64,000 nt of DNA, taken from IMG/VR virus record IMGVR_UViG_3300045988_058019, positions 32,001-96,000 of that record; one strand, 5' to 3'. Below the pieces are notes generated by a model. It saw only the letters and a program-made list of their open reading frames with translations, was not told the DNA's origin and did not search any database. Source of the stretch: a virus. A program made the translations under genes and the position numbers. Shown here in pieces: positions 1-14,446 of the stretch (position 1 is its first letter; the number at the start of each line of letters is the position of its first letter).

Positions 1-2591
1 TCTGGAGTTATTTCTTCACTATCTATTACTTCATCCTCTTGCTTCTTTCCAGAGTATAAATCATCCAACTCCTATACAAAAGTATCTTCCTGATCTTCCA
101 CATCTAGCCACTTATTGATTTTTGCTATAGCTCCTTTAGGACTATTCATAGCATCTCTCTCAGCCTTAGCTCTTTCAAAATCAAGATTTACTATAATTTC
201 TTTTTCTTGTAAGTCCTTAAGAGTCTGATGAAGGTTAGGAATATTCAATTGTTCCTCTGTGATACCTAAGTCTTCTGCTTCTTTACGCAGCTATTGATAA
301 ACATTATCTATCTATTGTTTGTCTTTACTCAGTAAATGCTTAAACTTGATAACGTCAGACTTAGAAGTACGTATGCCCGTATTTTTCTCTAATTCAGACA
401 GCTTGTTACCATTACTGGTATAATCAGTTATGAGTTGATCATATAACTCAGTCTGTGATTTTAATCTGATTAAATTACGAATAGCTACTTCTTGATCAGG
501 GGTTACATCAGGCTTAATAGAAGATATATACTGGGATATTTCAGGACTATACATTAACTAGTCTACCTCTGATGTTATATTAGCTCTATTATTAGCAGCT
601 TCAGTAAGTAACGCTTCGTGGTGTTCTTTTAATGCTACAAATACATCATACTCTTCTGTTCTAGGATCTATTCCTGCTTTCATTGCTTGACTCATAGTGA
701 CAGGAGAAGTATACATATTTCTAATGAGTTCTGCCCTCTTTCTCTCGTTCTATATATCCTGTATATCTAATCCTTCTGTTCTAGATACTATATTTTCAGC
801 TTCATCAAAAGAACTCATAAGGTTATCATATTTACCAGTTCTAATGAAACTACTATACATGGCATTCTTTCTAACTCTATCTTTAGCATCCATCTATTCT
901 GCATACAAAGCAGATACAAATTGATCCGTAGGTAATTGACTATTTACTTGCATTACTGCAGAAGGAGCACCATACACACTAGTCATTAACCCTCCTAGTA
1001 AGGCGCCACCTTTAAAGTTATCCATAAATTCCTGATCATTTGAATATACAGGATCCCACGGAGTAATAGCTGCAAATATAGCACGAGCTCCAGTACCAAT
1101 ATTACGTATAAAACTTTTTACTAGATTTGGATTAGCATCAAAACTATTATCTATATATCTCTATCCCTTGATATATTGAACTCCTTCTCCAGCTCCCTCT
1201 AGTATTCCAGATACTAATATACGACCACCTAAATCAGTAATGGCTCTACGTTTAGTTCTCATAGGTAATCTACCTACATTATCTAAGCCAAAAGAAGTTA
1301 TATCGTCTATTCTATTAGATAATTGTTCTTGCAATCCCTTCTTTAGTTTAGTACCTTTATCAGCTAAAGTCTTTAAACCTTTTACTTTTTTAGCCATAGA
1401 ACCTATAGGTACTACTTCTATTGCTTGTTGGGCTATATCACTAATCGATAAAGCCATGTTATCTATATATAGAGATCTCAAACCTTCTCTATTATCTAGC
1501 ATAGCTTTATTAAACTTTCTATTATTTATTTTGATATCTCCAGAAAGTATACGGTCATATACATACTCATCATCATTAATTTGATCTGCGCTATAACCCT
1601 ATTGAGCCATCTTAATCTTAGCATCAGCTAATACATTTTCGTCTACACCTAATTTCTTAGCTGTATTCTTTACTGACTGCTTGTAGTTCTAGAATACTTC
1701 AGCTTTAGACTCTTGATCTCTACTGTATAAATTAGATCCTATAGATATTAACGCAGCAGCTCCTGCCACTAATGGATTACCAGCGCTGGCAGCATAATAA
1801 GCAGATATAGTACCTAACAAAGAAGAACCGACAGAAGCAGCACTAGATCCTGCTAAACCCGGTAATTTGAATAACCAAGTGTCTATGTCAGAATAATCCA
1901 TACCAGGCTTTTCTTTGTTCTTTCTATAATATTCTGAGGTTAACTTTTCATCAAATCTCTTAACTTTATCAGATTGTATTTCGGCATCTCTGAGAGAAAT
2001 TATCCTCTTATTATAGATATTATCATCTTTCATACTACCGTCAGGTCTAGTAATGGGGTTAATTTCTTTATCTATTTCTATTAATGCATTATCTAGATTG
2101 CCTTGTTTAAGACTACCTGTAATATAACTATTAAGATAATTGTTATTGAATTTACCAGATATAGCAGTATCATATGCAGATTTATTATTAACTTGCATTA
2201 AAGATGCTTCCTATAACTGCTATTTTAACTATTCATTAGTAGGATCCTGACTTAACTGTCTAGATAATTCTATTACTGCTTTACTAGAGTTTATATAATC
2301 TTTTAGGCTGATTAAGGTATTATAATCCTAATCAGCCATTATATACTCTCCTAACTTAGCGTCTCTTTCAGTTTGTGCTTTCGTTAAATTCCAATCATAG
2401 AACGCGTTAGAAGCCCAATCTGTAAAGCCATAATTATCAGGTGCTTCTTCATAGTTAGCATCTGGATTAGCCATACGATGCATATACTCCTCAGTATTAA
2501 TCTGAGGAGCTATCATAGCGTCATACATTGCCGTTCTTTGTCTAATACCATCTATTAACGATGTATCGTATACTTTCTTTTTCTTTGCCAT
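1..2591 (-). CDS. Large virion-associated protein, 3' end cut by window start (at least 863 codons); function unknown, possibly internal/ejected cargo protein
   Basis: ATG at 2589-2591. Track ORFs 2328..2591, 1689..2198, 1161..1502 and 312..554 share one frame. Codon-by-codon scan of 555-1160 and 2199-2327 found only TAG interruptions, no TAA/TGA. Confidence 0.75.
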
Positions 2592-2593
2592 AT

Positions 2594-4564
2594 TTATCTA
2601 CCTAATAATTGTTGTGCTGATGTCTGGTATTCATCTTTAGCTTGAGAAGATCCTCCAATACCGCTAGAAGATCCGCCTTGCCATCTTTGATTTACTCTTT
2701 GCCAATATTCTGAGGATGTATATGAATTTGGTAATGTTCTATAAGCATCTACTTCATAGTATTCAACTCCATCTTTGCCTACTACTTCAGTTACTTTAGA
2801 AGCGCCAAATTGTTGTTTGAGAGCTCCGCTAGTAGTCTATCTACCAAATGGCATAAAGTAACTAGAAGCCATTTCATTAAACACAGGATGATTTACCCAC
2901 ATACCTGTTCCTAATGATTTTTCAATTCTTTCCTTAGGTATTCTAAGTTTGCCAGATAAAGCCATACTTCCAGGTCCAGTCTTTACTACTTTATTATTTG
3001 GTATAAATTGAACTCCACTTAATTGACCACTTTCTACTAATTCTCTAAATGGAAAACTAGTGTCTCTTCCTATACCGGCATCTCTACGAGCTCTTCTACC
3101 AGGTCCTTCATTGCCAGCAATCATACTAAATACCGTTTCTGGTAATAAGAATCCTTCTGTAGTGTTAAATTGATATCCCTAATGTTTAATACCGTCACTA
3201 TCTTGTATTTCTGTAGATAATGCTCCAACACCCGTTAATAAGTCGTCTTTGTCAAGTAGACCAACAGGAGCGCTTACTTTGTTAAGTGCAGAATTTACTC
3301 CTTTTAAATAAGATTTAGTATTAAACTCTTTACTATCTTGACTAGTTAATGGAGAGAAACCAGCTACTCTCTAAAATTCATCTCTTACTACATGTTTGCT
3401 AGCTAAACCAACCATCTAACTCTATAACTGCCGAGCTCTGTTGCTAGCAGCTACTGCTGTTACATAATCTTCATCATTACCTGTTTGTCTATATCTAGCA
3501 CTGTACTCGTTAGCTGCCTACACCATGGATCCATATTCGTTCTGCATTCTATCTATATTACGCAGACCTTTACGCGCATCATCTGCAATTTTACTATTTG
3601 GATATTTAGTGATCAAACTAGATATATAATCTCTATAACTATTAAACTTATTACCTATTCCAGACATAGTATTTCTAGTAATGCTATCATTTAAGAAATC
3701 TAATCTAGTAGGATTAGGTCTTATTACTTCTTCGTTACTACCTCTATTACTTTGCTTAGCCATAGCTAACCAGTATGGATCTACAGTATCTTGATTTACA
3801 ATTCTATCTCTTTGTGAATCAGCTATCATTCCTACAAATCTTTGTCTAGCTAATTCAGTATCACCTCCAGAGGCATCTAGAGCTTCTCTATAATACTGTT
3901 GCCCTTGTGGTGTACTAATCAAATCATTAAATTTAGCATCTGCAATATCATACAATGTATCATATGTAATGCCTACTCTATTGTATTTGACTCCATCTTT
4001 CCATACAGATCCTATTGAACTAGGTTTTAGGTTACTAAAATAAGGATTAGCTAATTCATCAGCTGTCATATAGCGTAAAGGAGTAATTTGATCAAATACT
4101 CTCTTACTTCCTAAAGTGTCATAATTAGGTATATTAGCAGAATCCCAGCTTCGTTTATATCTACCCTCTGCTTCCATTTTAGCTCTCATTTCAAGTCCAG
4201 CTCTAAGATTATCAGCACTTTCTTTAAGCAAACTCAATGATCCATAATCTGTATTACTAATAATCGACTGTAAATTGGCACGAAAACCTGCATCTTTTAA
4301 GGCATCTGGATTAGAAACTATTTGATTAATAGCATCTTGTACATCTTGACGATTAATAGTTAAATTGTAGTAATTCTATGTGTCTATTGCAGATGGTGAT
4401 CTAAATTCTCCAAACTTTTGTAACTAAGTATTAAACTATTGTGCAGCCTCATCTACAGCTTGCTTCTACGCTGCTCCTATTCTATATAATTCACCAAAGT
4501 TAATAGGTACATATGTATTTAATATAGGAGCTTCCGCTGCTATATCATATCTATTAGCCTACAT
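2594..4564 (-). CDS. Virion-associated protein, about 656 codons, function unknown
   Basis: ATG 4562-4564 (second codon is TAG) overlaps the upstream gene end. Track ORFs 3518..4237 and 2837..3124 are in the same frame. Ends at TAA 2594-2596. Read through by eye; all interruptions are TAG. Confidence 0.65.
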
Positions 4565-6395
4565 TGTTACCTCCTTTTCTTAACCATTTATTAAACTGTC
4601 TAATAGTATCTGCTGTATAACCAGATTGCAAAAATGGAGCATACATAGCTAACATTGCATTATCTCTAGCTTCCTGATTACGCATTAACTCTCTATTCTG
4701 AGCCCATTGACTTAACTGACTTAAACCAGCTCTACGTATATTTCTAGCAGTAGCTCTATTTTGAGCATTAGCTTCGTTAGCCATATTTGTAGCATTAACC
4801 CATTGCTGTCCTAAACTATTCATAGTATTGGCATAATCACCTAAGTATTGGTTATTAACATTACTTTCTTGAGATCTTAAACTAGCTATAGCTCTATCTG
4901 TATTAACAGCTGACTGTAATCTATAAGCTAAGTTAGCTCCTGTATTGGTATTAATTTGGCTAGCATTATAATTACTAGTAGCTCTATTACGATTTAAATC
5001 TTCAATAGCAGGACTAATATTATACCTACGTCTACGCATACTATTGGCAATGCTTGTAACATAAGGATTATACACTGCATCGACTGTTTCAGGTCTACCA
5101 GTAAATAAATTAGACATAATAGGAGTTAAAGAAGCTATACCTGACAATGCGCTTCCCACTTTATCAAATAATTTATTACGTCTATCTGCTCTAGTTTCTC
5201 TATAACTAATATCATTAGGTGTAGCACTAGGAGACTCTACAGTATCATAGTCTGTATCATACACAGATTCTACTGTTGGAGCGTCATACCAAGTAAACGG
5301 TAATTCCGGTTTGCCTTCATCAATTAATCCTGTACTTGTAGAAGGAGTGGTTCTACGTCTTTTAACTGAAGTACTACTAACACTTGTAGGAGTTGTAGTT
5401 GATGCAGTTTGAGTATTATTAGGATTAACTGGTACATGATACCATTGATTATTACCAGTTCCCCACTGTACTCCAGCGCCCCATTTACGATTTGGGTTAT
5501 AGATAGCATCTACTATTCTATCTCCTAAACCAGGTTTAATCTCATCACCTAAAGCGGCTGCTTGTATCTACTTAGTCTTAGGTTTAATACCTTTACTTTG
5601 TTTAACAGATTCCTACATAGCAAACAACTAATCATGAATCACATTATTGTTCATTTCATTTAGTTTTGCTGCATTCTCTGCAAATCTGTCATTATACTTA
5701 CTTTTCTTTTTTGCCATCATTTTCTCACCAAGTTGTGCAAATGTTTCTTTTCTACCAGGTACTTTAAGCTTATCACTTAATACTCTACTGCCTTCAGGTA
5801 AACTAACTAAATTACTATCAGTAGGATTATTATTCTCTGGTACTTTACTTATACTTCCGTCTGGAGTCTATATTAATTCACCATCGTCTACGTAAGCTAA
5901 AGAGGAAGACATTCCTCCATTGGCCATAGTATCTGTATTCATCCCTATCATATCATCATACGCTTCACTTTGTAGGTAATTAGTACCTTGTACAGCAGCT
6001 CTATTACTATAAGCGTTCTTCTTAATTGCTGCTCTCTTTCTACGTAATCTTCTATTACCGAATGCTCCAATTAGACCACTACCAAGACTACCTTCATCAT
6101 AATCTGTGAACGAAGTCATTTCAGCTTCTTCACCAGATCTGCCTATTAGCCCTATACCAGCTCCTACTGCAGCACCAATTGGGCCAGCAACTTGGAAGCC
6201 AGTAGCTGCACCACTAGCTATGTCACTTACAGATTGTGCAGCAGCTTGTCCTCCTGTAGTAGCGTTAGATTTCTAAAAAGGAGTAGTTAAAGTATTTAAT
6301 ATATCGGGAGCATTTTCAAGCATGTTACCCCCAATTTCTTTGAATTGAGTTCCAAATGCATATGCTGGTACTTTTGTTTTCTTTTTACTTTTCAT
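4554..6395 (-). CDS. Virion-associated protein, about 613 codons, Gly/Ala-rich N-terminal part, function unknown
   Basis: ATG 6393-6395. Track ORFs 5868..6119 and 4554..5264 are in the same frame. The stop of the 5868 ORF is TAG. True stop is TAA 4554-4556. Confidence 0.65.
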
Positions 6396-6396
6396 A

Positions 6397-9300
6397 TCAA
6401 ATTAATGAATTTCTGTATGTTGTTGTAATCTATGGTATTTCAAAAGTATGATCTATATCAGAATCTAACTCATAATCGCATATCATATACTTACCTCTTA
6501 ACCTAGCAGGTAACGATAACGCATCTTCATTCTTATCTGCTCTAGGTACTGGGAATCTAAATGTATCTTCTCTATAATCAGTTATTATATGTTGTTCAGG
6601 AGTAATAACATTACCTTCTTCATCAAGTTCTTCTTCAGTATGCTCTCTAATAGCTTCTTGATGTTTAGTACTGAATTTCATATAATCTATGATATCGTCC
6701 TTAATAGACTCTTGATTACCATCTCTAAACTCTCCTTGTAATCTAACATTATCAAATACTTTAGTATAAGGAGCATTCTTATTAATAACTATTTCTAATT
6801 TAGCTTTTCTATCCAAAGGAGTTAATCCTATTACTCCAGTATCATGTATAGTGTGCAATTCATTATCTTTTATTGCTACTACTCTATCAGAAATAGGTAA
6901 CGACCATTTAGGGTTAAATGTATAGAAAGATGTAAATCTACCTAACTATTCATTAAATATCAATGGCTTATTAAGTACATTGAACCATACTTCATTATAC
7001 TTTTTATCAAACAAAGACACGCATTTAGTTCTATCTTCTTTAATATTTTCATTAAAGTAAGATTGTACCTATTTCTCTTTAGATATTTGACTTACTTGAC
7101 CAGTATAAGAACACAGTTCATTCTTATCATAGTCATACCAGTATAACACATTATCTGAATTAATTATACTTTTATCATTCTTAATAGATGAACCATTAGT
7201 AGTAGTTACATAGTCAAATCTACTTAATATACCACCAGTACCTAATACTAACTGATTTACATTATCATCAGTAATAAGTGACCTTTCATTGACAGAAGCT
7301 ACTCCTACTCCAGTATCTTGGAAATAGAACAGTCTATCCTTAAATACTTTTAGATTGGTTATATCTCCCCACTGATTATCTACATCTAAATAATCAGCTA
7401 CTTTGAATTTAGACCACTAGTCTATTACTTCATTATTCGTTTTAGCCTATGATGTTAGTATTCTGTTAGTATATTTAACATCCTTATCAGCGTACATAGA
7501 ATTAGGTACATACAGTTTACCAGTATTCTATGCTGAGTAAACAGAGTTATATACAAAGTAAGGAAGATCTTGTACATGTATATCTTGCATCTGTGTAGGT
7601 TCTAACTATAACCAAGAGTCTGCAAAGTTTGAACTGGTTACGGTTCTATGAATCTAATCACCGTGGAATAAATTCATATTAATAGTACTCTCAAATGGTA
7701 TGTATGCGCCTATATAGTTCTTCATACCATCCCATTCTTTAGCGTCAGGTAATTGGAATAGCATAGTATTAGGATAATCTAATAAACTTAAATAAGTATC
7801 TCCTCCAAATACGTATTTGCTGTCACGCGCTGCTATACTTATGTATACAGAATTCTATCTAGATGAAAATGTATTACCACCATATATAGAATTACCATCA
7901 CGTTTAACGTTAAATACAGGAATAGCATTAGTAGAATCAAATGGATGGAGCTCTGGGTATTTGTTAGTAGGTACACTATTAAAACCTGCAAATGTTTTAC
8001 TTAATTCAGGTACATGAGCTATGATACATGGACCAGCTGGACCTTGTAATGATTGATTGTCATTATGAATAAAATCAGACATAGAATAATTAGTATAAGT
8101 TCTATTACCAACATTTATTCTTTTAGCTACAACATCAGGAGCTCCATACATATTATAATCTATATTAGGAGGATATTTAGCGTCTTCTATATATGATATA
8201 TCTTGAGACTGACCAAAAGTTGGAACAAAGTATTTAGCTATAGATGCTCCGCGATATACCTTCTTGCCTCTACTATCCTAATAAGGAAATCCTACTGCTA
8301 ATACATTAAGATCCCATCTTCTACCATAACCTACGTATGGTACAGTATCTTGCTGCAATACTTCGCCGTTTATTTGAGTAACGTAATCTGCTGCAGCGAA
8401 TATACTACGGCTTACACTGTTACCTATAGTATTACCATTAGTATAGTTGTCTTTAAAATCATCAAATTTACTATCGTTTACCTTTCCACCAACAAATGGA
8501 GAATAGTATGAACCGATTCCATCTAAGTACACACTTCCTTCAAATAGTCTAGTTACATCATCCCCTTGTACACATATCTCTGGAGATACAAGGCGTATAT
8601 AGTCATTTGCCCTCATAGTAAGGGAGAAGTTACCAACGTCTTCAGCTGTACCTGTTGATATTGCTAGTTGTTCACCAATTAGACTACAGAAGAAAGGTGT
8701 GGGTCTCATTTCCAAACTACTATCTAACTCAGATCCTTGACCAACCCACTTATCCTACTCTTGAATTCTATACTCATATACGTAACTACCTATAGTCTAC
8801 ATAAGCACAGTTCTATCACGTTCAGTTCTATCGCAACGAACTATTTCATAACTTACTGCACCAACAGGCATTTTCTTTACTTTAAATTCTACACCTAGAG
8901 CATTGCCTATAAGAGTATTGTTCTCATATTTAAACGGAGGCATTTGAGAAGCATGAGGCATTCTAATGTCACCTATCCAGAGTACAGGAGAAGCTACAGA
9001 TTTATCATTATAAAATATTATACCAAATCTATACACTTCATCTCTCTAGTATCCTCTATAATTAGCAGCTATATAAGGATCAGCATAATTAGGTATATAT
9101 GGATTATTCTTCTGCTCTTCAGTAGGCTGTAGTATTTCGGGCATCTTACTATCACCTCTGTTTATATATCTAGTGTTATTTCTAACAGTAGGTACATCCA
9201 TACTACAGGATTGGTCTAATCTAAACTTATCTTGTTTATTACTTAGATTTATATCTGTAGTTACAAATGAATATTCTATATTGATACCATAACCGCCTAG

Positions 9301-10554
9301 TTCACCTTCCTTATTATATATGTATATATTCTGTGAATTAGATGCATCCTTTGTATATTTTACATTGTTAAATGGATTTATACAGTCATGAGTAGCAGGA
9401 ATACGTTTAATAGCTTCATCATCTGTTATAGACAGACGAATGTTATTACTATCTAAACTAGATAATAGCTACACACTCCCTTCTGAATTAGCTCTGTAAG
9501 CTCTAGCATCATAGTCATTACCATCTTCATCTTCTGGTATCCAAGTATTCTCTGTTACATTAGCAGCAAATAATCTATTTTGCATTTTAGCAAGAGTCTA
9601 TGCTATAAACTGATAACCAGTCATAGCATTAAATTCTTCTACAGATATATCACTTAAAGTAGCTCCATAATCTACATACTGTATACTTGTTTGACCATCG
9701 GGTATATCTATTTCATCTACTATACTAATAGTAGGGGTAGAATTATTCTGTTCATAGAATATACGAATTACTCTTAACTTATTAAAGTCCTAAAGTGATA
9801 ATTCAGTAGATAGCATTACTGATTTATTTGATGCTTTATTCAGACCAGTACCTTTATATTCAGAACTACCTTGGCTAGTTACACTATTTGTTAAGTGAAT
9901 TAACTCACTCATTGGAGAAGTAACAGTTTCAGTGCCATGCACATTAAATAATTGATAACAATATGTTACCATTCCAGCTTTAAGATTACCTTCAGATAAC
10001 CAACGGAATTTAAACGGCAATAAACTTACTACTGGAGTTATTTCTAATGAACCAGGATTGATTATATTCCCATTCTCATCTATAAGATTAGAATTGTCTA
10101 TATACTCATTACTCATTATGTTAACAATCTTAATAGGACTGTTTCCATCAGTAAAGTATATCTTTATGTTAGTATCTGATTCATAGTTACCTACAATACT
10201 TAGTGTGGGATTCTTAGATAAATCTTCACACAACCCTAGAGCTCCTTTACATACTAATTTGATTTGAGGCATATTACTATCAAACCCCATTAATCTGTAT
10301 ATCTTATTAATGTTATCAGATGTTTTAGTTATTACTACCGCAATATCATTTATAGTAGTAGTACCTATTATCGTCTCATCTTTAGGTATAATAGTATCAT
10401 ATTTTCTAGGGTTCTCTATACTTTGTAATACTCCTGTAGTTCCTCCATCATTAGTGATAACACGAACATCCTCAGCATATCTATACTGAGTATCCGGTAT
10501 CAAATTTACGTCCTGGTCCATATTAAGACCTTGTGTAAACGTATTTATCTACAT
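6397..10554 (-). CDS. Very large tail structural protein (about 1385 codons), repeat/beta-rich; tail hub or muzzle-type role guessed from size and position
   Basis: Track ORFs 9790..10521, 8797..9036, 8278..8715, 7855..8151 and 6430..6858 share one frame. I scanned 6859-7854 (9 TAG, 0 TAA/TGA) and 9037-9789 (4 TAG, 0 TAA/TGA). Ends at TGA 6397-6399. Likely start is ATG 10552-10554 followed by TAG. Confidence 0.6.
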
Positions 10555-10564
10555 ATTATTTTGT

Positions 10565-11215
10565 TCATTCTGCATAATCATTCTATTTATATTTCCATAT
10601 ATAACCATACGCAGACAACTATCTACCTTTGCAACAATCTCTTATTCCTTCTTTCCTTCTATTTATTGATCTTGCAGCAAAACTTATACTGTAGAAACTC
10701 CTTATATACACACCATCTAACGTATATTGATCAACAGGAATTGTTCTATTTTTATTTATATAGTTGCTATTTTTTATCTTAACCGCTGGAGAAGGATTTT
10801 TAATATTCACCGGCCTTGGTTTACCTATTCTATTTTTAACTATCTTTGCTATAGACTCTTTAGTGTGGTGCCAACCGGCGTTATTTTTTGCACATTTTGC
10901 ATTGTTATATTCAGGATTTAAATCTAAATATTTTTGTTCTATAAACAAAATAGTGTCTTTTACTGGTTCACAATATTCTAATATTGCAAATTGGAAAGAA
11001 GTCTGTCCATATTTATTAAAAGCAGATTGAAGGTGCTTATTACCATGTTTATCATGAAGTAATTTGCGTAAATGATCTTTTAACCTTCTTCTTACACAAA
11101 GTGAACTTCCAACATATGTTTTATTGTTTAGTATATTTTTAATTATATATACTCCAGATGTTGAAGGAATCGTTTGTATATTTTCTCTATTAAAATTTAA
11201 AAATTCGGTACTCAT
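10565..11215 (-). CDS. GIY-YIG homing endonuclease, free-standing, contains 2 in-frame TAG
   Basis: N-terminus has GVYIIKN...KTYVGSS (GIY-YIG). Reading through TAG 10619-10621 restores the C-terminal YGYIWKYK motif shared with the other GIY-YIG copies here. Ends at TGA 10565-10567. Its ATG overlaps the upstream TAA by 1 nt. Confidence 0.8.
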
Positions 11216-12144
11216 TATGGCCTATTCTAATTGTAAATATCTTGTCGTTCTCCTACTGTACTATAAAAAGTATCATGGGCATCTATTTCCGGGTATAATT
11301 TTAACCAGGAGTTCTACACTGAGGCCAAATCATCTACAGTAGGCATCATAGCTTCAGCATATGCTTGCTTACGATAGAAGTTATAAGAGTTACGTATATC
11401 ATAATAATCTCCCTGACTTATTTGACCTTTTAACTTTTTAGGATACATTAACTTCATAGTAACATACCAGTATATGGCTTCCTTATAGGACTCTAAATCT
11501 GGTATCATTGGCATACTATCTTCATCTGTATATATAGCATAATAAGATATCTTAATATATCCCCTAGGTACATTAGTCATTATATAACCAGGTTTAGTCA
11601 TATACTATAAATCGTAACTATACATAGTACCATCTTTATGACCTATTCTATTACCTAAATATCTGCCATTTGCTGTAGGTACAGTATTCTAGTTTATTAA
11701 TGCACTTAATGTTTCTCTAAGATTATTATCTTCATTTAACTTGTCCAATGCTTCTCTATCGTTAGTAAGATTAAACATATTCTTAACTAATGGAAACATA
11801 GCTGCATCCTGTATCAACATACAAGCTTTACTACAGCATTGATTATCGTGAGATACACCAAAACTGGATGTTGCTTTTCTCATAGGTAACCAACCACCAT
11901 TACAGCAGTATGAATATGCTACCTAATCTAATTTGTATAAATCACAAGGCAATGATACTTGGTGACATTCTATTGGAAGTATTTCTACTTTATGCTCAAA
12001 CTACTATATAGCTCCAATCTTGAGTATGGATTCCATAATCCACTCCCGAATATCTGTAATACGTATCTCATCTTCTCTTAAATCGAGATCTGCTATTACT
12101 TTAGCTACTACAGAAGCTGAACTAATCATACGATTATTTATCAT
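11215..12144 (-). CDS. Virion structural protein, about 309 codons, function unknown
   Basis: ATG 12142-12144 overlaps the upstream TGA (ATGA). Track ORFs 11689..11883 and 11314..11601 are in the same frame. Scan of 11602-12144 found TAG only. Ends at TAA 11215-11217. Confidence 0.65.
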
Positions 12145-12590
12145 AATTCTGGGTAATCTTTTGTTTTGTTGAATATTATTTGAGCTAAATTTCTCTTGTT
12201 ATCTCTTGAAGCTATAAACTAATACTTAGTTTTATTAGTAAGCAAACTGTCTTTCTTTGACCAAAAGAATCTATACTTATAATAATTACTATGGTCATTA
12301 AGTAGGTATACAGGCTTACCGGTTTCTTTTGTAGCTTTCCAGTCCCATCTAAGACTCTTGCCTGTGAATTCTTTTGGCTAATGTTTAATGATTTGTAAAG
12401 TACCTAATCTACATGGAAACTTGAACTCTTTACAACTGTACATCACCTCATCTCTAATGTACTAAAAATAGTCATTAATGATATTTTTATATGTCTATAA
12501 GTCAATATCGTATGGAGTATTAGGTTCTATGTACTATTTATAGCTTTCATAGAAATCAGTAGTAGTATAACTCTTTCTCTAATATTTCAT
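12141..12590 (-). CDS. Hypothetical protein, about 149 codons
   Basis: Frame scan shows the frame is open from ATG 12588-12590 to TGA 12141-12143 apart from 6 TAG codons. It is absent from the ORF track only because of those TAGs. Confidence 0.5.
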
Positions 12591-12597
12591 ATATCAA

Positions 12598-13242
12598 TTA
12601 TTTATTACTAACTCTGTTCTATGTATCATCATGCGCATCATTGGTATCATCACTAGGCATAGTAATCATAAAACGTAATTCTCTCTCTAATATCATCTAT
12701 GTAATAGTTGGTATCATTGCAGACGGTATAGGAAACTCGTTGTCTGGATCAAAGCAAGCATTAAGTTCTGTAGGATCTTCAGCTATTACATCTACACTGA
12801 TATACTCTAGCTGATTAGAATCACCATCTACGTATATTCTATTATTCTTAACCCACGCAATGTAATCTTTACACGTAGCTTTTCTATACTTCTATAATTT
12901 AGCTTTAGTACGGCTACCCATCTAAATTATATTACCAAACATATCACGTACATTTATTACTCCAGGTCTATAGTTAAAGTCTATTAACTTAGGGAGTTCT
13001 TTATCTCCCACATAAGTAAAGTAACCTGGAACAGTTTCTTCACGATCTAAATGGATAGGTTCTATAGTAGTAAGATATAATTCATTTATATCTCTACCCT
13101 TATCTATATCTTGCTTAATCAACATAGCCCTATAACCTATGATCCACTTTTCAATTTGTATTCTACTTAAATGCTCAGACTCTGCAATATTATTATTACG
13201 AGCAATAAGTAGAATGTTATCTACAAGCTAATTGAGTGTCAT
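12598..13242 (-). CDS. Hypothetical structural-module protein, about 214 codons
   Basis: ATG 13240-13242. Contains track ORF 12922..13125. Frame scan down to TAA 12598-12600 found TAG-only interruptions. Confidence 0.6.
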
Positions 13243-13381
13243 AATATATTATGTTTTAATAACGTTATAAGCCATATAACGCATTTTAAGGCTGTTATAG
13301 GCACTTTCTATTATTAATAATACAATCCTTTAATTCAAGTAATAGCGGTCTTAAAAAGGCTTAAAATAAAAAAGGTTGATC

Positions 13382-13945
13382 TTATTGACCAACCTTATCC
13401 ATAGCATTCTTCATATCCTAAGGGAGCATTTCCTTCATAGGTGGTGGTACCATCTAATTAGCTTTCCTTATTATATTTTTTAATTCGTTAACTTCTTTCT
13501 ATAACTCTATTATCTTATCATTCTCTTTAGCTGGTTCATTATCTACTCCAAGCTTATCTAATAGAGTCTAACACTTAGCCATTTCTTCATCGCATTTAGC
13601 TATAGCTTCTTTTCTTTGTTTGTACGTATCATATTGGTTACGCACTATATTTATAATCTCCTACTTATCTGTAGATATAGTAAGACCTAGTGCACTATCA
13701 GTAATAACTGATTTATTCTCAGGTATAGTGAACTTTTTAGTTTCTCCATTGCACTATATAGTTATATCTACTATTCTCTTTCTAGGCTGATTGGGCATAG
13801 GAAATTGCCCAGGTGGTAGTGGCTCATCATATACTGCACTTACTTGAGTAACGGAACCTTCATTATACTCAGTAGTTTTCTTGAATGTCCCAACCACTTC
13901 TATTATATATACCTTATCGCCTATGTTTAATTGATTGAATAACAT
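13382..13945 (-). CDS. Hypothetical protein, about 187 codons, coiled-coil-like C-terminal half
   Basis: Track ORF 13754..13945 ends in TAG. Frame scan of 13382-13753 found 5 further TAG and no TAA/TGA until TAA 13382-13384. Confidence 0.6.
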
Positions 13946-13961
13946 AATAAGTTAGTTTTAA

Positions 13962-13980
13962 GGGGCTCATTTAGAGCCCC
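13962..13980. terminator. GC-rich hairpin between two minus-strand genes (weak terminator candidate)
   Basis: GGGGCTC-ATTTA-GAGCCCC. The flanking U-run is poor on both strands. Confidence 0.3.
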
Positions 13981-13988
13981 AATTTATA

Positions 13989-14429
13989 TTAAGTTGCCGG
14001 TGTAGTCGGCGTTACTATATGATTAATTACTTGGAAGATTCCGTCACATTTGTTATAGTATATAAGATATCTGTTACCAGTTGTAATTTCATTATTTGTC
14101 ATTTGAGTTCCGGAACCATTTAATAGAGCTTTAGCTCCAGTAGATGTAATAACCGTAGTAGTATTATCAATCTATCTATTAGTAAAGTTAGTAGGATCTA
14201 TAAATACTAAATCCGTAGGAGTAGCTGCACTAGCAGGAGTAGACGTTACATGTAGTATAAATAAACCTTGACAAGGGAGTTGTCTCCATAATCTAGGACA
14301 TACACCATAAGTAACTGAAGTAGTCGTAGTATCGGTAGTAACGTAGTTAGTTCTCAATACTGGAATACCATAATTATCTACAGTTCTTACTCTACCTCTA
14401 TTAAAGTAGTTTAAAAAAGGATAAAACAT
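13989..14429 (-). CDS. Hypothetical protein, about 146 codons
   Basis: ATG 14427-14429 is preceded by AGGAGG. Track ORF 14172..14465 ends in TAG. Scan to TAA 13989-13991 found no other stop. Confidence 0.6.
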
Positions 14430-14446
14430 AACTGCCTCCTTTCTTA

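Noticed and set aside
1-10554. Looked for the giant virion RNA polymerase typical of crAss-like phages among the very large genes.
   Set aside because: I saw no DxDGD-type catalytic motif in the translated parts I read. The gene may lie beyond the window start, so it is not claimed.
10565-11215. GIY-YIG gene as part of a group I intron splitting one giant tail gene (flanking ORFs share a frame).
   Set aside because: The upstream gene ends at TAA 11215-11217, overlapping the HEG ATG. The downstream gene has its own ATG at 10552 or 10519. The frame between them is closed by TAA 10642-10644.
14430-14446. Strong AGGAGG Shine-Dalgarno before the ATG at 14429, odd for a Bacteroidota-type phage.
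   Set aside because: It is a single occurrence, and other starts checked lack SD sequences. Too little to infer anything about host or translation mode.
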